DNA of 64,000 nt from Candidatus Kerfeldbacteria bacterium (GTDB lineage: Bacteria; Patescibacteriota; Patescibacteriia; UBA9570; XYC2-FULL-38-9): positions 3,409 through 67,408 of the forward strand of contig JBDRKW010000005.1 in the NCBI GenBank assembly GCA_043813585.1. Reading direction: 5' to 3'. Positions 20,924 to 30,158 of the stretch are shown here, in pieces. The notes under the pieces were generated by a model. That model saw only the letters and a program-made list of their open reading frames with translations. It did not search any database and was not told the origin of the DNA. The translations under genes and the position numbers were made by a program. Positions within the stretch are counted from its first letter, which is position 1; each line of letters begins with the position of its first letter.

Positions 20924-22786
20924 TTAATTCTGTCTCGCTTCCGAATATGATTGATAAGCGGTTCGATACCAATCCCAATTATCTGGACGTTGCCACTGTA
21001 AATTTAGTTGCGAAATTTCCGCCCGGCTTAAATCAGGGCGCATAATATCAGTTATAGGCACCTCTGAAGCTTCAAGCCTTACGTTTTCATAGAAGCGCCG
21101 TTTAGCACTAATTCGGTATGAGAATGCCGCATCACTTCCTCCATTATTCGATTCAGTGACTTCAAATGATGTTATGCCACGCGTAACATAGACAGAATTT
21201 GAACCTATATCATCGTATAATGTGATCGTGACTTGTATTGGATTTTCTTGATCAATAGTTACTGTATCAAGAAAGAGTGGATCAATATTAATGTGTGCAT
21301 GACCATTTTCAAGTCGTGCTTCACCAAGGTCTTCAAACCATAGTTGTGTCGATTCAACAGCATATAATTTTGTTGGTCCTTGTGTTTGAGTATAGACAAC
21401 AGCTGGTTTTTCACCTGTAGCGCCAATATCACCATCAGCAAAAATCGCATATGCGCTTCCATTTGATGAATCCTCCCTACCGTATACACCATAAATTACA
21501 CCGGTTGTTGCTTGCGCAATTCCAGCCACTCCCGATGTGCCTGTGGCATTGGACTTCGCCTCACCATATACACCATATGTTGGACTACCTGATGTTGCAA
21601 GAGCGCTACCCCAGATACCAGAAGAGCCTTCTGCTGAAGAATATGTTTCACCCATGACACCATGACCTCTTCCAGAGAACTGGCCAGATCCATCAGGGTC
21701 GCCGATTGATCCACCCCAAACACCAGCGCCGAAAGTGTTTGCATCTTGAGTAGTTGCCCAATTAAAACCCATCACGCCGACTTGGCCATCAGTTGGATCA
21801 TCGTTAATGGCATCACCGCGCACACCCACAGGTTGTCCGAGTAGCGCCCCGGTAGCATTTGCAATGCCCCATATTCCGAATGGATTTGCTGAACCGCTGT
21901 TTGCAATACCCCTGATCGCAGTTTCATCACTGGGAGTAGAATTTTTTATTACGTATAATTTAGAATTTTTACATTGCCATTTTGGCGGAATGGATTCATC
22001 CTCACAATCAATGATTTCATCCTCATTAATAAGTACTGCACCACTATCTGTAATACGCATACGCTCATTATTTCCATCTGTATTGAAAATAATATTATCG
22101 GAGGACGTGGACTGTAATGTGAGGTCACCAGAGTTCGGTCCGTAAAGAATATCTTCAATCTTTAGATCACCAGCAACATGCAATAATTGGGCAGGACTAG
22201 TGGTGCCGATGCCTACCTTTCCATCTGACGCAAGCCGCATGCGCTCACTGTTTCCTGCGATAAGATACATATCGTCACCAGATGCACCGAGTGAAACATA
22301 GCCGGAATCAGTTGTGCTGTTGTCTATAAACGTAATACCAGCTAAAGCGTCTTCACTATGCAAACGAAGTCCGATATTCGTAGTACCACTATTTATGTGC
22401 AGCATCGATGCCGGGCTTGTTGTTCCGATTCCGACGTTTCCGGTGGAGGCAATACGTATTCGTTCCGCGTTTCCCGCTTTAAGCTGCATATCATTACCAA
22501 TTGCGCCGAGCACTACATAGCTATCTGACGTTGTTGAGTTGTCCTGAAAGGACATGTATGACATTGAATCCGTGCTTTGCAAGCGCATGCCAATATTGGT
22601 TCCACCACTGTCAATGTCCAGTTTTTTCGCGGGACTACTATTGCCAATTCCAACATTTCCAGAAACCGCGCTATACATATCAGATCCAGAAATCGTCCAG
22701 TCGCTGTCTGCCGCAACATTCGTTGCAGAAGCGATAAATAAAATCATAGCACAGAAAGTTGTTATGAAAGCGCGCGACATAGGCAT
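20924..22786 (-). CDS. Secreted phage-tail-fibre-like (trimeric adhesin-like) protein
   Basis: Signal peptide; three G(N/K)VGIG(N/T)(S/T)SP repeats; GVxG beta-solenoid; C-terminal ES..WFED.G...FSYR..AKR domain; visibly AT-richer DNA. Confidence 0.75.
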   Translation of the reverse strand: MPMSRAFITTFCAMILFIASATNVAADSDWTISGSDMYSAVSGNVGIGNSSPAKKLDIDSGGTNIGMRLQSTDSMSYMSFQDNSTTSDSYVVLGAIGNDMQLKAGNAERIRIASTGNVGIGTTSPASMLHINSGTTNIGLRLHSEDALAGITFIDNSTTDSGYVSLGASGDDMYLIAGNSERMRLASDGKVGIGTTSPAQLLHVAGDLKIEDILYGPNSGDLTLQSTSSDNIIFNTDGNNERMRITDSGAVLINEDEIIDCEDESIPPKWQCKNSKLYVIKNSTPSDETAIRGIANSGSANPFGIWGIANATGALLGQPVGVRGDAINDDPTDGQVGVMGFNWATTQDANTFGAGVWGGSIGDPDGSGQFSGRGHGVMGETYSSAEGSSGIWGSALATSGSPTYGVYGEAKSNATGTSGVAGIAQATTGVIYGVYGREDSSNGSAYAIFADGDIGATGEKPAVVYTQTQGPTKLYAVESTQLWFEDLGEARLENGHAHINIDPLFLDTVTIDQENPIQVTITLYDDIGSNSVYVTRGITSFEVTESNNGGSDAAFSYRISAKRRFYENVRLEASEVPITDIMRPDLSRAEISQLNLQWQRPDNWDWYRTAYQSYSEARQN

Positions 22787-22816
22787 ATAATTAATTGATT
22801 ATATGATCGTAATTCC

Positions 22817-22846
22817 ATTATAGGGGGGGGGACAGCGATAAGTAAA
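22817..22846 (-). promoter_or_regulatory. sigma70 promoter with a C9 homopolymer in the spacer
   Basis: Minus strand TTTACT-TATCGCTGT-CCCCCCCCC-TATAAT (18-nt spacer). Confidence 0.65.
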
Positions 22847-22957
22847 GAATTTCAGGGCTGTAAGGAGGAGCCGCATTAATATTAATACTTAAACTGCTGG
22901 TTATTATGATTCGTACCCCATGCATTTTGGAAACGCACTGTTGTTGACACAACAGGA

Positions 22958-23033
22958 AAGCGCTGCCCCGGACCCGATTCCCCGTGCGGGTGCTAAAGAA
23001 GAAACGTCTCCCATTTGGGAGGCGTTTTTCTTT
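22958..23033 (+). repeat. tRNA-Glu 3'-end copy 3 (hairpin-element right end plus terminator)
   Basis: Chimera of 17891-17926 and 17742-17800, both matched exactly. Confidence 0.9.
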
Positions 23034-23104
23034 TTCACATTTTATGCTGTAATATTATGAATCATCACTCGTATACAAAGCATATAATTAAAGAGCATAC
23101 CATC

Positions 23105-24361
23105 ATGAAAAATGTAATCATTGGCATTGCGATTGCGGCTGCGGTTGCGGGAATTGCCCTTGCCGCCTATTTTATTATTCCGGCTGTATCAGAGAACAAG
23201 CAAGTGCAGGCCGAGGCAGATGGCGTAACGGCATCCGACGAGAACAACGAAGCGACGGAAGAAGGAACGCAAGCAACGGAGGAACAGGAGGCGACGGCCA
23301 TAACAGACGTATCTCCCTACGCGGTTGTGAGCACGGAAAAAATAATGGATTTAAATGGCAGCAATAATGAATGGCTGCCCAGTCGCGTGAACGGTTGGCT
23401 GGAAAAAGGAGCGAGCTTTGAATTCGCTATTCCATTTGAAGGGTGTGAGGCATTCTGCGGGCCTGACGTTACGTATTCCTACGACATCGCAACAGGTGAA
23501 ACAGAAAAAACCTTAAACCCGCTAATGGAAGAAGGCTGGCGGCTCTCTCCGGATGAACGTCGTGCAATCCGAATTCGCAGAGTTGAAGACCATGATGACG
23601 AATCAGGCGACGGGGGAACGATTGAAATGATGGACATTCAATCAGGCAATACATATGTCATTGCTAAAGAGACATTCCTCACCGGAGCCGGCGGCACCTG
23701 GGTATCCGAAAAATATACCTATCCGCGCTGGTCGCCGGACAGCAAATGGATTGTGATGTACGACAAGAGCCAGTGGGATGAAAACGGGCCGATGGTCGTA
23801 CTGTTCCCTTCAGACGCGGCAGACCTCTCCGGTTTGGCTGAACTGGGGCAATCAATATTTATTGAGACCGAGCGTGCCCCGTACGAGCAGTACTTCATCT
23901 GGTCGCCGGACAGCACCTACTTCATTGTAAATGACAATACGGATGTATTCTCGGCAGCGGAAGGGAAGCGCATCTATGAATCCAACCGCGATGAACGTGT
24001 ATTCGCCTGGTCTCCAAAAAGCGACAAGGTACTCATCGCAACGGTCTCCGATGATGAGGACACGCGCGGCCTTTCTTCGCTCTCTATAATGAACCCGGAC
24101 GGAACCGACAGGGTATTGATATTCAAGGATGTGCTCGTTGATAGCCTCTATGATATTTTTGCCTCCTGGTCCGAAGATGGAACACAGGTATTGGTTTCAA
24201 TGAACGACCAACTCGTGATCTATGACCTGGAGAGCAAGATGAGCGGTTTGGTTGCGGCGCAGGAAGGCGGGTTCAGGAATATCGCCTGGAACAAAGACGG
24301 CAGGCAGGTACTGTTTGACCGGGATAACGCTGCATGGCTCCTGGAGTACACGCGGGAATAG
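23105..24361 (+). CDS. Membrane-anchored TolB/WD40-like beta-propeller protein
   Basis: N-terminal TM; repeated WSPD/WSPK/WSED/WNKDG motifs. Confidence 0.8.
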   Translation: MKNVIIGIAIAAAVAGIALAAYFIIPAVSENKQVQAEADGVTASDENNEATEEGTQATEEQEATAITDVSPYAVVSTEKIMDLNGSNNEWLPSRVNGWLEKGASFEFAIPFEGCEAFCGPDVTYSYDIATGETEKTLNPLMEEGWRLSPDERRAIRIRRVEDHDDESGDGGTIEMMDIQSGNTYVIAKETFLTGAGGTWVSEKYTYPRWSPDSKWIVMYDKSQWDENGPMVVLFPSDAADLSGLAELGQSIFIETERAPYEQYFIWSPDSTYFIVNDNTDVFSAAEGKRIYESNRDERVFAWSPKSDKVLIATVSDDEDTRGLSSLSIMNPDGTDRVLIFKDVLVDSLYDIFASWSEDGTQVLVSMNDQLVIYDLESKMSGLVAAQEGGFRNIAWNKDGRQVLFDRDNAAWLLEYTRE

Positions 24362-24379
24362 AACATCAGCTGTGACAAT

Positions 24380-24449
24380 AAACGCCTCCCTTCCCGGGAG
24401 GTGTTTTCTTTACTATTCTTGCCTCAGACCCGATTCCCCGTGCGGGTGC
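24380..24449 (+). repeat. Degenerate terminator copy plus tRNA-Glu 3'-end copy 4
   Basis: AAACGCCTCCC...GGGAGGTGTTT resembles 17769-17794; core CGATTCCCCGTGCGGGTGC at 24431-24449. Confidence 0.85.
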
Positions 24450-24489
24450 ACTAACAAGTATTGACAAATCCGGAATAAATTCGTAGGGT

Positions 24490-24760
24490 GCAAAGTCCGT
24501 CAAGAAGGCGGAGAGAAGCCTGTATATATGGACTATAGGCTCTTCTTCGTCTCATCCAGAAGAGGCCACTCCCAGAGCGGAACAAATGCAGCCCTGCCGA
24601 ATTCGCGGTAAACACATCTCCCCAGGAGGTGTGGGCTGTGGGATTGCACCCGGATGAAAGCGCCTCAGGCGCTGGGCGTCGCATCGTGCTGTCGGACCTG
24701 CAGCACAATGATGGCTCTCCTCAGGAGAGTTCAGACGAATCCAAAAGAGGGTCACAAGGG
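24490..24760 (+). ncRNA. Candidate multi-hairpin leader/ncRNA (unassigned)
   Basis: Promoter TTGACA(24461)-17-TAGGGT; at least six hairpins before the SD of the next ORF. Confidence 0.45.
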
Positions 24761-24771
24761 AGGATGACACA

Positions 24772-25566
24772 ATGTCGTCCAAGAACGAGAACGGATGGAT
24801 GGATGACCTGAAGGAGCTGCTCGTGGAATCGGATCGGGCGCTCCGGTACTTCCTCGTGCTGTTCAATGCAGCGTGCAGCCGGTCGGACCTGCGCAGGATG
24901 TGCGGGGACGACAAGGTGGTTCGCCCGAACTGCCGCCTGTTCAAGCCCGACCAGATCGAGCTCGAGAAGATCTGGATGCGCTCGTACACCGAGCAGGGCG
25001 TGAATCCCCCGACCGGCGGCAAGCGCCATCCGGATGCGGTGGTCCGCCTGATGCTCGACGAGGTCGAACCTCCGCATGGGCTCTCGGGCTACTATGCGCT
25101 CGCGATCATGCGCGCGCTGGAAGCCCGGCCGGAGCCGAACACTGAGCACGACATCTTCCACGTCACACCCGAGCGGTTGGGGGAACTCAACTGCGGTGGG
25201 CACTTTCTCTGCGCGACTCTCGAGGGCCTGGACGCGGACTTCCAGATGAAGTGCACGCTGATCAGCCGTGAAGACCGGCGGTTCCTCGTGGAGATCGAGA
25301 TCTACCAGTGGGACCTCACCCAGCAGGTCGCGACAGCACTGCGGGTCTCGGGCTGGACGCTCGATGACGCGCGTGTGTGCGGCCGCGGCAAGAAGTTCAC
25401 GTTCTGGTGGGAGGTCACTGCGCCGCAGCTGCTCGAGCACATCGAGGAGATCGACGGTGCCCTCCACGTCACGTCCGACGTGTACTACACGTCGCTGTTC
25501 ATGCTGATGCGGGCGAACGGCATTCCGGTCACCGGCGTCACCCCGAGCGAGGACTGGGTCATCTAG
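24772..25566 (+). CDS. Hypothetical protein (GC-rich orphan)
   Basis: GGGAGGA SD; strong GC3 bias; terminator ending CTTC-T7 at 25665-25675. Confidence 0.7.
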   Translation: MSSKNENGWMDDLKELLVESDRALRYFLVLFNAACSRSDLRRMCGDDKVVRPNCRLFKPDQIELEKIWMRSYTEQGVNPPTGGKRHPDAVVRLMLDEVEPPHGLSGYYALAIMRALEARPEPNTEHDIFHVTPERLGELNCGGHFLCATLEGLDADFQMKCTLISREDRRFLVEIEIYQWDLTQQVATALRVSGWTLDDARVCGRGKKFTFWWEVTAPQLLEHIEEIDGALHVTSDVYYTSLFMLMRANGIPVTGVTPSEDWVI

Positions 25567-25673
25567 AAGCGTTCAACCACGCTCACCTTTCATAGCCGAT
25601 TCATTTCGGCGGCAGGTATGAAAGGCCGCAACACATCAAGAACCATGGGAACACCTGCCGTTCCCTTCTTTTT

Positions 25674-26030
25674 TTATATCTCAATTTCCTTCCAGACGAG
25701 ATCCCTGGACTTGAAATACTTTTTTGTAAATTCTGCGGCCCGTTCAGCAGAAAACGGTTTGCAGGTATACGCATCCACGGTAAACAACGGAGGCGTTGTA
25801 TTGTTATAGGTATAGAAGTGCGCACCGGACGTGATCCAGTGGATCCATGCCCCGTGCCCGACATCTTCCGCCTGATACACAAACGGTTCCTGCAACGCAC
25901 GCATGTTCAGCTCTTCAGACAGCGCAGACAGGTACGCGGCAATCTGATCCGGCGTGATCGGTTTATCGGTCGTGCCTTCAATCACCACGCGCTGCCGAAT
26001 GATATCTGGTGCCAATTTTTTCCATTCCAT
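25674..26030 (-). CDS. S-adenosylmethionine decarboxylase-like pyruvoyl proenzyme
   Basis: L.M...P, G....HWITSGAHFY, FTVDAYTCKPF: AdoMet_dc-type pattern. Confidence 0.75.
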   Translation of the reverse strand: MEWKKLAPDIIRQRVVIEGTTDKPITPDQIAAYLSALSEELNMRALQEPFVYQAEDVGHGAWIHWITSGAHFYTYNNTTPPLFTVDAYTCKPFSAERAAEFTKKYFKSRDLVWKEIEI

Positions 26031-26158
26031 ATATTCGCATTACTTGTTAACGCAGAAGCATAGAAGAGGAAACAGGGGGAATGCAATTTTTTTCACGAAT
26101 ATCACACATTAGTAAACAGAATGTTTACTTTTTAGGCATATTGTACTATGCTGGTGCC

Positions 26159-26998
26159 ATGTTTTTAAGCGACGGAAAAACAATCGAGAACATCATCATC
26201 TGGCAGCTCAAATCCGGCCCGCAGAGCACGGTTGGTTTGATTGCGGCTGTGCAGAAAGAGCGCCGCGGAACCACGAAGCAGGGCGTGTACCGCGTTCTTC
26301 GCGAACTCAAGAAGCAGGAGGCGGTGGTCATCCATAAAAAAGAGGTCTCACTCAACATCCGCTGGCTGAACAAGTTGTATGACTTCACGTCGCTCGCCCA
26401 GCACTTTTATTATGAGAAAAGTATCGGCACCGGGCATTTCGCAAACCTGCAGGAAGGTGAGAAGATCAAATACACCTTCAACAACCTGTCCCTCACTGAC
26501 GCGTTCTGGAACCATGCACTGTACATTCTCCATCAGATTGTGCCGGACGCGGAGCCGTGGTACGCATACGACCCGCACGTATGGTTCTATATCGCCCGGC
26601 TTGAGGACGAAACAGCGCTCATGAAACGCATGTCCGCCCGCAGGCAGTACCTGATCACCTCCGGCCATAACGACCCGATGGACAAGGTTGTCTCGCAATA
26701 CATCGACGGCACAACCGGCCAATACCACATGTTGAAAAAGCCGCTCTTTGACGACGAGTCGTATTACTTCAATATACTTGGCGACTTCCTGATTGAGGTC
26801 TGGTTTGACAGGGAAGTGGCAAAGGCGATTACCGCGTGGTATGCATCAACGAAAAAAATGACAGATACCGCAGTTGAAGATCTACGGAAAATAATTCAGT
26901 CTGAAGGAAAAACTAAATTGGTCATTTCCTGTAACAAGAAGAAAGCCGATCGGTTGAAAAAGAGGATCTCGAGATATTTCTATATCCCGGCGGCATGA
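26159..26998 (+). CDS. Putative winged-helix transcriptional regulator
   Basis: N-terminal TKQGVYRVLRELKKQEAV HTH-like segment; divergent from the AdoMetDC-like gene. Confidence 0.6.
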   Translation: MFLSDGKTIENIIIWQLKSGPQSTVGLIAAVQKERRGTTKQGVYRVLRELKKQEAVVIHKKEVSLNIRWLNKLYDFTSLAQHFYYEKSIGTGHFANLQEGEKIKYTFNNLSLTDAFWNHALYILHQIVPDAEPWYAYDPHVWFYIARLEDETALMKRMSARRQYLITSGHNDPMDKVVSQYIDGTTGQYHMLKKPLFDDESYYFNILGDFLIEVWFDREVAKAITAWYASTKKMTDTAVEDLRKIIQSEGKTKLVISCNKKKADRLKKRISRYFYIPAA

Positions 26999-27038
26999 AA
27001 CTATTGCGCTGCGGGAGAAATGCCGATAGTATGGACGC

Positions 27039-28070
27039 ATGAAGATCCTGGGCATCGAGACATCCTGCGACGACACCGGAGCCGCAATCGTGGAAGCGCG
27101 CGGCGACGGCAGCTTTGACATACTCGCAAACGTCATAAAGCAGCAGGACCATACGGAAACCGGCGGGGTGGTGCCGGAGATTGCCGCGCGCCATCACGCA
27201 ACATCGGTTCTGCCGGCGATTGATGAGGCACTGAAGGAAGCCGGCATGAAAATTGGGGGCATCGATGCGCTTGCGGTCACACGCGGACCCGGGTTGATCG
27301 CCTGCCTGCTTGTCGGAGTAGAAACAGCCAAGACTATTGCCATGGCCAAGGGCATGCCGATCATAGGCGTGAACCATATGGAAGCGCATATCGCTTCCAC
27401 TTTTGTTGAACATCCGCACATGGAGTTTCCGGCAGTAGCGCTGCTGGCAAGCGGCGGACACACCATGCTCGTAGGCATCAACGAACCGGGCGATTATTAT
27501 ATGATAGGAACAACGCGCGACGACGCGGCCGGGGAAGCGTTTGATAAAGTTGCAAAGATGCTTGGGTTGTCATACCCCGGCGGACCGGAGTTGGAAAAAC
27601 TGGCAAAAAAAGGCGACCCATATGCGCACGACTTCCCAAAACCGATGATCAACTCCGACGACATTGATTTTTCTTTCGCCGGTCTGAAAACAGCAATCAA
27701 ATATTATATCCGCGACAATAGTCCACTTTCGGATGAAGGCCGCGCTGATATCGCCGCATCCTTCCAGGAGAGCATTGCGCAGGTACTGGTAAGCAAGACG
27801 CTCCAGGCAGCAGATCGGCACGAAGCGAAAACAGTAGTACTGGGCGGCGGTGTATCGGCAAACAAGATGCTTGTAGATCGGCTGCATTCCGTATTCCAAG
27901 AAGTGCGGCCGGAAACAGAAATCATGGTGCCTTCGCCCGGCTTGTTCACGGACAACGGCGCCATGATCGCGATTGCCGCGGCACCGCGCGCACTAACGGG
28001 CGACTATGACGACTGGAGAAAAATCACAGTAAACCCCAAACTGCGAATAGCAGAAAGTGAGAGTAAATAA
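27039..28070 (+). CDS. tsaD: tRNA N6-adenosine threonylcarbamoyltransferase
   Basis: ILGIETSCDDT, GGVVPEIAAR, NHMEAH, SGGHT, DDAAGEAFDK, FSFAGLKT, TDNGAMI. Confidence 0.98.
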   Translation: MKILGIETSCDDTGAAIVEARGDGSFDILANVIKQQDHTETGGVVPEIAARHHATSVLPAIDEALKEAGMKIGGIDALAVTRGPGLIACLLVGVETAKTIAMAKGMPIIGVNHMEAHIASTFVEHPHMEFPAVALLASGGHTMLVGINEPGDYYMIGTTRDDAAGEAFDKVAKMLGLSYPGGPELEKLAKKGDPYAHDFPKPMINSDDIDFSFAGLKTAIKYYIRDNSPLSDEGRADIAASFQESIAQVLVSKTLQAADRHEAKTVVLGGGVSANKMLVDRLHSVFQEVRPETEIMVPSPGLFTDNGAMIAIAAAPRALTGDYDDWRKITVNPKLRIAESESK

Positions 28071-28113
28071 AAAAACGACGCCCAGATGGGCGCCGCTTTT
28101 ATAATCCTATTTT

Positions 28114-28875
28114 TTATTCCAGGAATGGTTCAATCTTCTGGGACATGCTGTCGAGTGAAAGCGCACCAGAGATTGTGGTGAGTACATTTCCGTCTCCGTC
28201 AACAATAACTGAGAAAGGAGTACCGTTTCCACCAAGTGACTGTGCTTCAGACGCATCAGTGCTGACCTGGCCATCAAAGTCACCCCCGTTAAGGCATTCC
28301 TCGAATTGGCCTGCATCTAAACCGGTATCACCTGCCAGAGTTACAAGCGAACCATCAGCAACCTTTTCTGTTGAGCTGTCGAACATGGCATCCAGGAATT
28401 CCCAAAACAGTCCTTGATCTCCGGCACATTCAGCAGCGTTTGCTTTGCTTGCGGCTTCTGGATGAAGACTTGTAAGCGGGAAGTGTTTATATGACAGTTT
28501 GACCCTGCCATCATACTTTTCCAGGACATCCTTTGCTGTGTCGTGGTACTGCTTGCAATATGGGCAGTCGATATCCGAATATTCGATGATAGTGACATCG
28601 CCTTCACCCCGGTTATTGCGCAGACCTTCTAGATCTACAGAACCGTCAGCTGTTGGAGCAGCGGCCCCTGTATCAGCTGCAGCAACGGTGTCAGTGTTTG
28701 TGTTTACTTTCTTATCGTTATCGTCTTTTTCGCCGTCATCTAAGACGATAACCAGCATTACGATAAAGCCGGCAATCGAGATGACCGCAGCAGACGTTAC
28801 AACACCGGCCCAAAACGCAAATTGCGGGGGCATAGTGTCGAAGAACGACTTCTTTGAAGAGGATGATCCCTCCAT
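28114..28875 (-). CDS. DsbA family thioredoxin-fold protein
   Basis: N-terminal TM; EYSDIDCPYC, KHFPL, GTP cis-Pro motif. Confidence 0.92.
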   Translation of the reverse strand: MEGSSSSKKSFFDTMPPQFAFWAGVVTSAAVISIAGFIVMLVIVLDDGEKDDNDKKVNTNTDTVAAADTGAAAPTADGSVDLEGLRNNRGEGDVTIIEYSDIDCPYCKQYHDTAKDVLEKYDGRVKLSYKHFPLTSLHPEAASKANAAECAGDQGLFWEFLDAMFDSSTEKVADGSLVTLAGDTGLDAGQFEECLNGGDFDGQVSTDASEAQSLGGNGTPFSVIVDGDGNVLTTISGALSLDSMSQKIEPFLE

Positions 28876-28938
28876 ATAGTTATTACTTAACTAATAAGCC
28901 TTACTTAAAATACTGGATTTTCATGTGCGCGTCAAACG

Positions 28939-28966
28939 TTGACTTTGCGGCATAATGGGCTATAGT
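28939..28966 (+). promoter_or_regulatory. sigma70 promoter of the T-box/HD/valS operon
   Basis: TTGACT-16 nt-TATAGT. Confidence 0.6.
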
Positions 28967-28974
28967 ATCCTTAC

Positions 28975-29164
28975 ATTATATATAGAGGTGTCTGACTGTC
29001 GGGCTGTGTCGCCGGCAGGAGCTTCCCGGGAAAGCGTTAAAAAGTCCAACCGGGACGGATAGCCGACGTCAACGGCCAACGAAGCGCCCAGCGCATGCAG
29101 ACAAACAGCGCAGGGAATTCAGGTGGTACCGCCCACAACAGGGCCCTGAAATAGAGGGCTTTTT
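28975..29164 (+). ncRNA. T-box riboswitch (probably Val)
   Basis: AATTCAGGTGGTACCGC T-box (29116-29132); antiterminator CAGG-[TGGTACC]-GCCC-loop-GGGC-CCTG; overlapping terminator GCCCT/AGGGC plus T-tract; valS downstream. Confidence 0.85.
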
Positions 29165-29173
29165 ATTATCTCT

Positions 29174-30154
29174 ATGGACTATACCGACAAAATCTACGGA
29201 CCAATAAAAATCGATGAACCGGTCATCGAAGAGTTGATCGCAAGCAAGCCGATACAGCGCTTGAAAAACATCAACCAGTACGGCGCGTCTTTCTATCGGT
29301 TTCCGCATTTGTCAACGACGCGATTCGAGCACAGCGTTGGCGTGTATCATGTTTTGCGCCATCTTGGCGCGCCGTTACTCGAACAGGTCTTCGGTCTGCT
29401 GCACGACGCTCCGCACACGGCATTTTCCCATGTGGCCGATTTCGTATTTGAAGACGCGTCGCAGGCGTTCCATGAAAAATTTCTTGAACGAACCATATTC
29501 GAATCCGAAATTCCAAAGATCCTAAAGAAGCACGGTCTTTCAGTTTGGAAGCTGCTTGATAAGCAATCTTTCAAGCTTGCCGAACGGTCAGCGCCGGACC
29601 TGTGCGCCGACCGCATCGACTATTTTTTCCGCGATTGCGTAACAGACAAACAACTCGACCTTCCGGACGCGCGCAAGATGCTTGCCGATCTTTTTGTATA
29701 TGAAGGCGATATCGTTTTCCGATCACAAGAGCTGGCAAAGAAGTTTGCGACGACATACAGAGGCGCGAACGAGAAGCTGTGGGCCAATCCATTACAGTCG
29801 GCTGCGTATTACCTCCTGGCGCATGCCATGAAAACAGCGCTCGAAGAAGGCGTTATTACGTTTAGTGATATTTTCCTCACCGACGAAGAGGTCTACACAA
29901 AGATGAAGCAGTCCAACAACGAAGAAATCCTGCGCTACATCGAAGAGATGGAACGCGTCGTCATAAAAGAAGATGCAGATGACTACGACTACCACATCAA
30001 ACCGAAAATCAGGATCGTTGACCCGTATGTCTTAACCCGCGAAGCCGGCCGCGACATAAAAAAACGCCTCGGAGAGCTCGACCCGACATTCAGAGAACGG
30101 AACGAATCATTCTACGAGCGGCTCTCAAAAGGATATTATGTAAAAATACTATAA
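29174..30154 (+). CDS. HD-domain phosphohydrolase (YdhJ/YwfO/SAMHD1-like)
   Basis: QRLKNINQ.G, TRFEHSVG, LLHD..H..FSH, CADRIDY. Confidence 0.9.
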   Translation: MDYTDKIYGPIKIDEPVIEELIASKPIQRLKNINQYGASFYRFPHLSTTRFEHSVGVYHVLRHLGAPLLEQVFGLLHDAPHTAFSHVADFVFEDASQAFHEKFLERTIFESEIPKILKKHGLSVWKLLDKQSFKLAERSAPDLCADRIDYFFRDCVTDKQLDLPDARKMLADLFVYEGDIVFRSQELAKKFATTYRGANEKLWANPLQSAAYYLLAHAMKTALEEGVITFSDIFLTDEEVYTKMKQSNNEEILRYIEEMERVVIKEDADDYDYHIKPKIRIVDPYVLTREAGRDIKKRLGELDPTFRERNESFYERLSKGYYVKIL

Positions 30155-30158
30155 CCGT

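Noticed and set aside
17742-24449. Four 19-bp repeats as a CRISPR array
   Set aside because: Spacing ranges from 0.17 to 5 kb, the repeat is the tRNA 3' end, and there are no cas genes
24486-24740. RNase P RNA, cobalamin riboswitch or hammerhead (fragments AAAGTCCG, GGTAAAC, GCCACT, GATGA)
   Set aside because: Lacks GAGGAAAGTCC and the 3' CGGCTTA P4 strand, the AGGGAA/B12-box order, and the CTGANGA...GAAA core
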